Source of the DNA: Nitrospirota bacterium | Lineage (GTDB): Bacteria; Nitrospirota; Nitrospiria; Nitrospirales; Nitrospiraceae | Reading direction: 5' to 3' | NCBI GenBank assembly: GCA_963703955.1 | Contig: CAVPGK010000014.1 | Span: 47,048-111,047 of the forward strand | DNA: 64,000 nucleotides | Part shown: positions 55,533-64,000 of the stretch, piece after piece | Position numbering within the stretch: the first letter of the stretch is position 1 | How the letters are laid out: every line of letters begins with the position of its first letter | Program-made: the position numbers and the translations under genes | The notes under the pieces: model-generated | Told to the model about the DNA's origin: nothing | The model's input: only the letters and a program-made list of their open reading frames with translations | The model's database searches: none

Positions 55533-56902
55533 TCACTCGGGAACGTCGTACTTCTTCAACTTGCTGAGGAGCGTCTTATAGTCGATGCCCAAGGTACGAG
55601 CCGTCTGGGTCTTGTTTCCGTCATGCGCGTGCAGGACTCGTAAGATGTGTCCTCTCTCGGCCTCCTCTAAGGAGCCCATGACCTCCGGCGGCAATGTTTT
55701 CTTGACCGTGCCCTGCGGCAGCATGGCGCTCAGCTCCTCCGCATCGATCGACTCCGGCCTTCCGTCTCCGGAAAGGAGGACCACCCGCTCGATGACGTTT
55801 CGCAGTTCCCGCACGTTCCCGGGCCACGGATAGCGAGTCAGTTCCTCAAGAGAAGCCCGGAGAATGCACGAGCAGGTCTGCCGGGCGGCTGAAGGGCCTG
55901 CAGGAAATGTTCGGCGAGCGGGCGGATATCTTCCGGTCGCTCCCGCAGGGGCGGCACATGCAAGGCGACGGTGTTGATGCGATACAAGAGGTCGTCGCGG
56001 AATCGCCCGGCAAGAACCAAGTCTTGTAGGTCGCGGTTGCTGGCTGAAACGAAACGGACGTTCGCCTGCAACGTCCGCGTTCCACCCACCTGTCGGTATT
56101 CACTCCGGTCGAGCACGCGCAGCAAGCTGACCTGCATCGCGCCGCTCATTTCACTGATCTCGTCAAGAAACAGCGTCCCACCCTCCGCTGCAGCCAGCAA
56201 ACCGCTTCTACTCACGGTTGCGCCGGTGAAGGCACCCTTCTCGTAGCCGAACAGCTCGCTCTCCAGCAATTCTCCTCGGATGGCGCCACAATTCACGGCG
56301 AGAAACGGCTGACTCCCACGGGGGCTGGCCGCATGCAGGGCCCGAGCGACGACCTCCTTCCCTGAGCCGGTTTCGCCCTGAATGAGGACGGGAGCGTTGG
56401 AAGGCGCAATCCTGTTTACCGTTTCCATCAGCTTTCGCCACACCGCGCTGGTTCCCGGCACAAAGTCAATTCTCCGAGAAATGCCGCTGAATCTGAGCGC
56501 AAGGTTCTCCTGTCGGAGAGCCCGCACCTTGATGAGCCGTTCAAGCGCCGCCGAGACTTGCGAGCCGTCGAAGGGCGTGTCCTTCACCAGAAAATCCGAA
56601 GCGCCGGCACGCATGGCTTCGACAGCCCCCTGAACCTCCCCGTGCCCCGTCAGCATGATGACATCCACATCAGGCTGATGGTCGCGAACCCACCGCAACA
56701 CTTCGCGGCCCTCCACGCCGGGCATACGTAGGTCGGTGATCACACAGTCGAAGGAAGTCTGCGCCAACTTGTCCAACCCGTCCTTTCCTCCGGAAGCCAG
56801 CGTGACTTCGCATCCTTCTCTCCGGAGGGTCTCCTCCAGCACGATGCGGATGAATTCTTCGTCGTCAATGACCAGAATGCGCATGGCGCGGAAGGCTGTC
56901 AT
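55533..56902 (-). pseudogene. Sigma54-dependent response regulator split by a frameshift near 55858
   Basis: REC, GETGSGKE and GAFTGA in 55838-57016; adding one base in TCCGGGCT restores AFS-x-ASLEELTRYPWPGNVREL into the HTH ORF 55533-55814. Confidence 0.85.
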
Positions 56903-56909
56903 CGTCGTG

Positions 56910-58500
56910 TTACCGGGGTCTGTCGGGACCGACGTGTAGATCTCTGGAGTCCGGGAACGCCAGGTAAAACGTACTGCCTTTGCCGGGGGAGGAGTCGGCC
57001 CAGGCACGGCCGCCATGCTTGTCCATGACGAGTTTGACGATCGCCAGTCCTATGCCGGTGCCCTCATACTGATCCGAAGCATGAAGGCGTTCGAATAGCC
57101 CGAAAAGTTTGCCGGCGTCTTTCGGATCAAAGCCAACGCCGTTGTCCCGAACCCACAGCACGCATTCTCCTTGCCCTCTAGCGCCGCCGATCGTGATGTC
57201 ACTCGACTCGGAGTGTGAAGAAAATTTCACGGCGTTATCAATGAGGTTCGCGATGGCTTGCTCGATGCTGGTCGGCTCTCCCCAGACCTGGAGCAAGGGA
57301 AGCTCAATCGCCATCCGAACCTGGCTACCCGATGGGCTCATCTGTCGGGTGCGAACAATATGCTCCACCAGCGTCCGCAGATTGACATGCGACTTGGGCA
57401 AGGATTGTTGGTCGATACGCGAGTAACGGAGCAGCGCGTCGATCAATATGGTCATGCGCAAGGCGGCCTGGCGAATCATGGCGAGGTAATGTCCGGCGGT
57501 CGGATCGAACGCCGCGGTATGCTTTCGTTCGATCAATGAGGCGAACCCCTCGATCTCGCGCAACGGTCCTTTCAGGTCATGAGCAACGGAATAACTGAAC
57601 GCCTCTTGGTCGCGGGTTTTCCGTTCCAATGCGGCGGTTCGGTCCCGAAGCGTCGCGAGCATCGATGCGAGCGAGGTCGATAACTCACCCACTTCGTCCT
57701 TGGATGACCACACGTCGAAACCAGCTTGCAACTCCCCTTGGGCGACACGATCGGACGCTTGAGCCAGTCGGCGGAGAGGCGATGCGATCTGAGTGCTGAC
57801 GACACGGTAGGTCGCGGCGATGACGACGCCCAAAAGCATCACCAGGGCGAGAATCACGAATCTCGCCTGGCGAAGAAGCAGGTTGCCTTCGACTTTCATC
57901 TCAGTGTCGATCTTGGTATGCACCTCAATGAGCCGAGAGAGCGCCTCGGTAAGTTGCTGTGACACAGCGACAGTTGCTGTCGAGGAGTGGAGTTCGTTCT
58001 GTGCGAGTCCTGTCTTGCAGCAAGGTTCTCAGAGTCTCCCGCCGTGATGACATCTCACGCACGAGCGACGAGATGTTTTCGAGCACGCGGTCTTCCTGAT
58101 CCGCGAGTCCAACTTGACCGTGCTTGGTCAGCATGCCGAACAGAATCGGATGAGTGCGGGCGGCGTGGTTCGAGCGATACATGTCGAGTCCGTGACGAAC
58201 GCGCGCCTCGACTTCTTCAAGTTGTTTGAACGCCTGTGCGATCCCGGCCTGCTCGCGCGCATGCTCCAGACGGTTGAGCAAGAGAATGCTCTGAAAGACA
58301 TCCCGGCGCATATCGGCGGCCGTCACGACGGCAGGAATCGTAATCCGACTGTGGCGGTCAACATAGCTGTTGATGCGCGCCAGGTAAAAGAGGATAGCCC
58401 CGAGACTCACGCCAAGCAGCAGCAGAATGATCCCGAACGAGGCGAGGAATTTGTGTCCGAGCGTCAGGCGGCGGAACCACGCCAGCAGAGTATCGAGCAT
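56910..58500 (-). pseudogene. TM-HAMP sensor histidine kinase split by a frameshift between ~57925 and 58030
   Basis: N-part has TM1 and a periplasmic helical domain; C-part has TM2, HAMP (DEVGELS), SYSVAHDLKGPL, NLIDNAVKF, DNGVGF, GTGIGL. Confidence 0.8.
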
Positions 58501-58650
58501 GGCGTACCCTATCATAGGTACGGCGCTGAAATCCTCGCGCAGTCTTGTGAACCAGGACCTCTCGATAGAAAGAACTGACATAATACAGGACACTTTGTAA
58601 TTTACTAGGCGAAGTGTGTCAACTGCCTGAAAGCCTTAGGCATAAGACAT

Positions 58651-58675
58651 AATGCTTGACATAAAGTCTAGCATT
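58651..58675. promoter_or_regulatory. Palindromic operator overlapping a TTGACA -35 upstream of the XRE-PBP regulator
   Basis: AATGCTTGAC-ATAAA-GTCTAGCATT (9/10 inverted match); TTGACA at 58656-58661. Confidence 0.55.
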
Positions 58676-58693
58676 CTGATACCTCCATCGACC

Positions 58694-59881
58694 ATGGGCG
58701 AGAAAAATAAAGCCGAACCGGCGAGCAATATTCAGAACCGTCTGCGAGAACGGCGGACGGCTAAGGGCTTGTCGCAGGGTGATGTTGGGCGCATGGCGGG
58801 GATTACGCGTCAGGCGGTGTATGCAATTGAGAACCATCAGTATTTGCCCACCACGGCCGTTGCGTTGCGATTGGCGGCCGTGCTGGGCTGCCGAGTGGAA
58901 GACCTCTTCAGCTTGATCTCGATCGGCGAGGTGCTCGAAGGCGAATTGATCACCGGCCATCCGGTTACTCCTCGCACGAGGGTGAAGATTGCCCATGTAG
59001 GCAAGCGATGGCTGGTGCGTCCGGTCTCAGAACTTGGCGGCGTGCTGAATTTTACGATTCCGGCGGATGGACTCATCATGGGGTCCACGTCCTCAAAGAA
59101 GACCGGTGCGCTCGATCACGTGCGCGTCGAACTGCTTCGAGATCGGCGGCTGATCGAGGAAGAGATTATGGTGGCCGGATGCGATCCGGCCATATTTCTG
59201 GCCGGAGAGCATCTGAGGCGCCGGCAGGAAAAAGGCGGTGTGATCGGCTGGACGATGGGAAGCGGGGCGGCGATCGAGGCGCTCAATCGCGGCGAAGTGC
59301 ATGTGGCGGGCCTGCATGTCGTTGATGCGAAGTCCGGCGAGTCGAATTTGCCGTATTTGCGACGGCATCTGAAGGGCAGGGACCATACGGTGGTGACCTT
59401 TGCGGCTTGGGAGCAAGGAATGATGGTGCAGCGAGGTAATCCGAAAAGTGTCCGTGAGGTCGCCGATCTGGCCCGGAAAGAGATGACGATCGTCAATCGG
59501 GAAGAGGGATCGGGTGCGCGGCTTCTGCTGGATCAGAAACTGACCGAGGCCGGCATGAAGCCGGCGCAGGTCCGGGGCTACGGTCGATTGGCCGGCTCGC
59601 ATCTCGAGGCCGCGCGCATGGTTGCCGAAGGCCAAGCGTACGCCGCCATCGGAGTGCTCAGCGCCGCCAGGCTATTTGGGCTGGATTTTCTGCCGCTCCA
59701 AGAGGAACGGTACGATTTGGTCGTACCGACTCCCTATCTGACATCGTCTCCCGCTCTCTCAGGGTTCCTGGACACGCTTGTGAGCCGGGCATTTCGCACA
59801 GAGGTTCAGGCGCTCGGCGGATATGATACGCGGGATAGCGGGAAGGTACAGGATCTGTACGGCAAGCCGGTGTCGCATTGA
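58694..59881 (+). CDS. XRE-HTH + MoeA-C-like + PBP (molybdate-binding) transcriptional regulator
   Basis: NRLRERR..GLSQ..GITRQAVYAIE..VEDLF; PADGL; GCDPA, GSGAAIEAL.RGEVHVAGLH, NREEGSGAR, EERYDLV, LGGYD. Confidence 0.88.
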   Translation: MGEKNKAEPASNIQNRLRERRTAKGLSQGDVGRMAGITRQAVYAIENHQYLPTTAVALRLAAVLGCRVEDLFSLISIGEVLEGELITGHPVTPRTRVKIAHVGKRWLVRPVSELGGVLNFTIPADGLIMGSTSSKKTGALDHVRVELLRDRRLIEEEIMVAGCDPAIFLAGEHLRRRQEKGGVIGWTMGSGAAIEALNRGEVHVAGLHVVDAKSGESNLPYLRRHLKGRDHTVVTFAAWEQGMMVQRGNPKSVREVADLARKEMTIVNREEGSGARLLLDQKLTEAGMKPAQVRGYGRLAGSHLEAARMVAEGQAYAAIGVLSAARLFGLDFLPLQEERYDLVVPTPYLTSSPALSGFLDTLVSRAFRTEVQALGGYDTRDSGKVQDLYGKPVSH

Positions 59882-59909
59882 GCGATGTAGCAAGCTGGAG
59901 GTGGTCCGG

Positions 59910-60722
59910 ATGATACGAAAGAGCAGATACGGCTCAATTGGGATCATTGTCTTGATCATCAGATTGCTCTGCAGCATTGATGCGCGGGCCGAGCCGTTGA
60001 TCATCGCCGCCTCGCCGAGCATGAAGGCGCCCGTCGAAGCCCTTGCTCGTTCGTTCGAGGCCAAGCATCCGGGTGTACAGGTCCACGTGTACTATGACAC
60101 GGGCCTGGATCTGCGCCAGAGGATCGCCGGCATGGAGAATAGCCCCCAGGGGTATATTTTCGGGAGAGGTCCGATCCATGTGCTAGCCCCGGGTGGGGAT
60201 GAACTCATCACACGCCTGGAGCAGAAGTACTACGTGTTGCCGGGAAGCCGGCGGGCGTATGTGGCGGTTCCGCTTGCCCTGGTCGTGCCGACGACGCTTG
60301 TCGAGGCCCCCTCGTCGTTTCGGGATCTTGCCGACAGTCGCGTGAAACGTATCGCCATCGCGGATCCGACATTGACCGAACTCGGCCGACAGACCATCCA
60401 ACTGTTCTATGCGCTGGGTATTGAAGAAGTCGCGGACAAGAAATTGGATATTGCGTCTGACCCTAAAGGCATATTGGACCATCTGCTTCACGGCGAAGCG
60501 GACGTAGGTATCGTGTTCGGACCCGATGCGTATCAAGAGCGCGAGCGGGTGCGGGTCGTCGCGGTGTCGGACGATCAAAGTGTCAATCCCACCGTCCATT
60601 CCATGGCGATGGAACGGCAATGCCCAAATCGAGCACTGTGTGAAGAGTTCCTGACTTTTATTCAGACACCGGAGGCCCACGCCGTTGTGAAGGGCATCGG
60701 GTATGTGCCGCCGAGGAAGTAG
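59910..60722 (+). CDS. Divergent ModA-like molybdate/tungstate-binding periplasmic protein
   Basis: Signal peptide; IAASPSMK..FEAKHPGV, IAIADP, GEADVGIVF..DA, FLTFIQTPEA..GY. Confidence 0.75.
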   Translation: MIRKSRYGSIGIIVLIIRLLCSIDARAEPLIIAASPSMKAPVEALARSFEAKHPGVQVHVYYDTGLDLRQRIAGMENSPQGYIFGRGPIHVLAPGGDELITRLEQKYYVLPGSRRAYVAVPLALVVPTTLVEAPSSFRDLADSRVKRIAIADPTLTELGRQTIQLFYALGIEEVADKKLDIASDPKGILDHLLHGEADVGIVFGPDAYQERERVRVVAVSDDQSVNPTVHSMAMERQCPNRALCEEFLTFIQTPEAHAVVKGIGYVPPRK

Positions 60723-60800
60723 GAGAGGAATATTGGTAGCTTGTGCGGGGCATGGGGTATATCGCTGGGGTGAAAGGACGTGAAAAAAATTTTATCCATT

Positions 60801-60827
60801 GGTCAATTATACTTGTCTATAATGACC
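60801..60827. promoter_or_regulatory. Imperfect palindrome containing TATAAT upstream of the lipoprotein-porin genes
   Basis: GGTCAATTATA-CTTGTC-TATAATGACC in an AT-rich intergenic region. Confidence 0.5.
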
Positions 60828-60855
60828 GCTATTAATTATTAACCAAGGAGATGTT

Positions 60856-61542
60856 ATGGCGAGCGAGCAGAAGACGCACCGTTTTTCGGTCATCTGCCTG
60901 AGAGGAACGGCGGCGGCCGCTCTGGCGGCCTATGGGCTGAGTGGGCTGTTACTCGGCTGTGCCCGGCTCCCGTACACGACCCAAGTCGTGCACGAAGACA
61001 AGCGAGCGGTGGTGAGCCTGCAGCGGGAAATCAAACCGACAGGGTACACCCATCCCGTCCAGCTTCAGCCCGAAGAAGTCGCGGCGATCCTGCGGGCCTT
61101 CTCAGGCCGGGAAAAACAGCGACTGCCGCTCCGGTGGTTCGCAGAGGAAACGCCGCCCAGGCCGATCTTCCGAACGGACGAGACGCAGGCGCTGGCTCCA
61201 TTTCTCGTTGAAGCTCTTCAGAAAGCCGGACCGGAGGAACGCGTGGCCTTTCAGGTCCGGGCGCCGGGGATGAGCCCTTCCAATGAGCGAGACGTGACGG
61301 CCGGATGGATCGCCGTGCGCGACCCGTATTTCTATCTCACGCTCGAGCATTTTCATGCGCAGTTCCCGGTCAGGTCGTCAGAGCAGTATGACAACCGTCT
61401 TCCAGCCCTGCCTCCTGAGGCCAAGACCTACCTCCTCTACTTCGAGCCGGGACGGTTTTGGGTCACGGATCCGGGGAGTGGAACGCGCGTGGTGGACTTC
61501 CGAGCATTTCTGAAATCCGAGAGCGGACCGAGGGTGAAATAG
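60856..61542 (+). CDS. Hypothetical lipoprotein (paralog of 47675-48412)
   Basis: AAGGAG RBS; lipobox LLGC; YTHPVQL..EEVAAILR, ALAPFLVEALQKAGPEERVAF. Confidence 0.78.
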   Translation: MASEQKTHRFSVICLRGTAAAALAAYGLSGLLLGCARLPYTTQVVHEDKRAVVSLQREIKPTGYTHPVQLQPEEVAAILRAFSGREKQRLPLRWFAEETPPRPIFRTDETQALAPFLVEALQKAGPEERVAFQVRAPGMSPSNERDVTAGWIAVRDPYFYLTLEHFHAQFPVRSSEQYDNRLPALPPEAKTYLLYFEPGRFWVTDPGSGTRVVDFRAFLKSESGPRVK

Positions 61543-61604
61543 CGTGTAGCAAGCGAGCCTGGCCTCTCACACCTGTTCATCAATCCCTATTCATGGAGGT
61601 CTTC

Positions 61605-63365
61605 ATGAATCGGCTGAACACTCGACAGAGAGATGGTGAAGGCGGAAGGTTGCTCAGAGCTTGTGCGATTCTATTCCTCATGGCGGCATGCGTCGCTCCT
61701 CTGACCGCAAAGGCCGTCGACTCGGGGAAACTCGTCGAGAAAGACGGGCAGTATGTGTTCGTGGAAAGTCAGGACCCCGCACTTCGTCTGTTGTTGGAAC
61801 GTGCGCGCGAGAAAGGGTGGATTACTCAGGAAGAGTACGACAAGACTCTCAAAGATTCTGAAGAGCATGCCTATCTGACATCCCCCAGTTACAAGGTGTG
61901 GTACGACCGGGGTTTTAATTTTTCGATGAACGACAATGCGTTTCTGTTGAAGATTCGAGGGCGTATGCAGTTCCGCAACACAACCCGGTGGAGAAACGAC
62001 GCCTGGCGCAATCCCGGGGATGCGAAGAATTTTCCCGAGCTGCTCGGCGTCTTCGGCGACTATCGAGCCGCCCGCTCGGAGGATTTTTCAAACCAATTTA
62101 ATCTGCGGCGCGCCCGCCTCCTGTTTCTGGGCCACCTGATCAATCCCGACTTCAAGTACTTCGTCCAGATCGGCTTCGAGAGCGCCGAAAATGCGCAGAC
62201 CCCAGGATCGGCGAATTTGCTTGATTGGTATTTTCTCAGCACGCACTTCTCCTTGTTCAACGCTCAAGCCGGGCAATACAAGGTCTTTTTCAATCGCTCC
62301 CAGATCAATAGCACTGCGTCCATGGAATTTGCCGAACGTACGCCCGTTCAAGATGCCTTTACCGCGAACGGTCTGAATCGCCGGGATATCGGCATCACGA
62401 TCATGAACGACGAGGAGGTCTACCCGTTCGTCTATTACCTGGGTCTCTTTAATGGCGGCGGTCCGCTCTTCAATCGATTTGGCGCCTACGAGAGCGAGGA
62501 GCCGACCCAGGGGTGTCCGGGTGGACAGACCGGAGGGAATCCTTTCCCGTCTCCCGCCACCTGTCCGATCAATCAGCGCAACCTCAACGCCAATGTCCGA
62601 ACCGAAATCGACAAGCTCATGTACACCGGTCGAGTGATGTGGAACATCATGGGGCGGCCGGGCTATGGCGAAGGGGATCTCATGTACTCGGAGTCGCCGC
62701 AGATCGCCGTTGGCGGCGATGTCGCGTACAACCCCGGCGTCAACACGAGCACCGACAATGCCTTTGTCGGTATCGATCTGGCCAACCTGAACTGGCGGAG
62801 GCAATTGGCCACGTTCGGCAACGGCCGGCAACTGGGGTGGGGGGTCGTCAACTTCTTTTCGTGGAGTTTCGACGCCGTCCTGAAGTATCGAGGGTTTTCA
62901 GCACAGGGTGAGTTTTACTACAAGAATATCGACCGCACCTTCAATGGCAGTCCCTGTTTACAGTTCAATGCGGCAGGCGCGTGTACGACGCAGGCTACCG
63001 GCGCAAATCTCCTCGGGAATGCCATGGGGTGGTATGCGCAAACCGGGTACTACCTCATCCCGCGGAAGGTGGAACTGGCGGCGCGCTATGCCTATTGGGA
63101 CCCCGATACCCATGCGAGCAGCGATCTAGTCAAAGCAATCGATGTGTCTTTGAACTGGTTTCCGTTCGGGACCTACGACTACCAGATCATGTTGACCTAT
63201 TCAAACACGGCGATGGGCATGGGAGGCTTTGCGATTGGGCGGAGCGCCCCGCTACCCACTCAGCCGCCGAACGCAGTGAATCCCTCGGGCACGGTGCCGC
63301 TGGATGCGCGTGGAGGGACTCTGATTGAGAATGCGCTTCGCATCCAGTTTCAGATCTTCTTCTAA
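61605..63365 (+). CDS. OprO/OprP-like anion-selective porin
   Basis: GWITQEEYD N-terminal motif; F.LKIRGRMQFR, FNLRRARL, AGQYKV.F, FAER, RDIG, ELAARY; C-terminal FQIFF. Confidence 0.82.
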   Translation: MNRLNTRQRDGEGGRLLRACAILFLMAACVAPLTAKAVDSGKLVEKDGQYVFVESQDPALRLLLERAREKGWITQEEYDKTLKDSEEHAYLTSPSYKVWYDRGFNFSMNDNAFLLKIRGRMQFRNTTRWRNDAWRNPGDAKNFPELLGVFGDYRAARSEDFSNQFNLRRARLLFLGHLINPDFKYFVQIGFESAENAQTPGSANLLDWYFLSTHFSLFNAQAGQYKVFFNRSQINSTASMEFAERTPVQDAFTANGLNRRDIGITIMNDEEVYPFVYYLGLFNGGGPLFNRFGAYESEEPTQGCPGGQTGGNPFPSPATCPINQRNLNANVRTEIDKLMYTGRVMWNIMGRPGYGEGDLMYSESPQIAVGGDVAYNPGVNTSTDNAFVGIDLANLNWRRQLATFGNGRQLGWGVVNFFSWSFDAVLKYRGFSAQGEFYYKNIDRTFNGSPCLQFNAAGACTTQATGANLLGNAMGWYAQTGYYLIPRKVELAARYAYWDPDTHASSDLVKAIDVSLNWFPFGTYDYQIMLTYSNTAMGMGGFAIGRSAPLPTQPPNAVNPSGTVPLDARGGTLIENALRIQFQIFF

Positions 63366-63393
63366 CGCTCTGCGGGCAACAGGAGGATGAACC

Positions 63394-64000
63394 ATGGCTC
63401 AGAAAGCCGATCTCTCGCCGTGGGTCTGGAATGTAGTCAGCGGACGAGTGGTTTCGATTCTGCGTGGTCTCACGCGAACGACGATTAAGGTCACGATGGA
63501 GGATCAGGCCACGCTGCGGGTCCGATGCGCCTCAGAGTTTTTCGACCGCGTCGGTTTTCACGTTGGGCAGCAAGTCATCGCGAGAATTCCGGCCGAAGAG
63601 GTCCTGCTGGGAACGATTGGGATCTGGCCTGGGAACAATCGCTGGAATCGCTGGGGCGGGCGGATCGTCCTTGTCGAGCCGGATGCATCAGCTCCGATAA
63701 TCACGGTGAAGCCGCAGGGGAAAAGCTGGACCCTGAAAAGTACAGGACCGGTCGTCGGGCAACCGCTGCGACCGCAGGTATGGGAGCCGGTGAGTATTGT
63801 CATCGATCCGGAGAAAGTGACGCTTGTGCCGCAACTGGTCGGAAATATGTCGCGCAGCCAATGGGCAGCTGAGAGCATTCAGACTGCCGGGAACAGTCCC
63901 GTGTGGCTGCGAGCTCGCATCGAGTCGGTTTGCACCAGAGCACAGGGATCGGTCATATGTCTGGATATTGGAGGTGCACATGTCTCGGCGTTGATTGGCC
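63394..64000 (+). CDS. Multi-TOBE/Mop-like protein; 3' end lies outside the window
   Basis: AGGAGG RBS; manual translation open to the end: NVVSGRVVSI..TTIKV..GFHVGQQVIARIPAEEV, NRWGGRIVLV..VSIVIDPEKV, WLRARIESV..VICLDIGGAHVSALI. Confidence 0.7.
   Translation, partial: MAQKADLSPWVWNVVSGRVVSILRGLTRTTIKVTMEDQATLRVRCASEFFDRVGFHVGQQVIARIPAEEVLLGTIGIWPGNNRWNRWGGRIVLVEPDASAPIITVKPQGKSWTLKSTGPVVGQPLRPQVWEPVSIVIDPEKVTLVPQLVGNMSRSQWAAESIQTAGNSPVWLRARIESVCTRAQGSVICLDIGGAHVSALIG

Noticed and set aside
1..64000. CRISPR array, tRNA, rRNA or intact transposase/integrase
   Set aside because: No regularly spaced direct repeats, cloverleaf/rRNA signatures or DDE/tyrosine-recombinase catalytic ORFs recognised by eye

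Overview
A ~59%-GC bacterial chromosomal segment; gene content and style suggest Nitrospira/Nitrospirota (inference, no search run). Housekeeping blocks: FolB-methyltransferase fusion, moaC-moaD/E-moaA-NiCoT, class II cyclic-nucleotide PDE-accD-folC-lptD, glycogen debranching enzyme, trxA-recN, bcp, class III aminotransferase, radA, tsaB-rimI-tatC, cyclophilin. Three accessory modules: (1) a minus-strand signalling cluster at 21.1-32.9 kb with a REC-PAS-PilZ-PilZ-LuxD-like-SAM-methyltransferase giant, a lower-GC PilZ-aldehyde dehydrogenase translationally coupled to a histidine kinase with two tandem multi-TM sensor domains, a sigma54 activator and a degenerate REC-HD-GYP. This is the best candidate for an undescribed c-di-GMP-gated, lipid-derived signalling system; its layout resembles rpfFCG and phcBSR. 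(2) An RND efflux module with its two-component regulators (48.4-58.5 kb) carrying three frameshifts. (3) A molybdate/tungstate uptake-like cluster (XRE-PBP regulator, divergent ModA, lipoprotein, OprO/P-like porin, multi-TOBE protein). Also present: a PHM-like secreted copper monooxygenase, a kinase-less Cache/PAS/GAF sensor, a MITE/REP-like inverted repeat next to a 57-aa integrase-N-like ORF, and a nuclease pseudogene. No tRNA, rRNA, CRISPR or intact transposase was recognised. All family calls come from motif recognition by eye.
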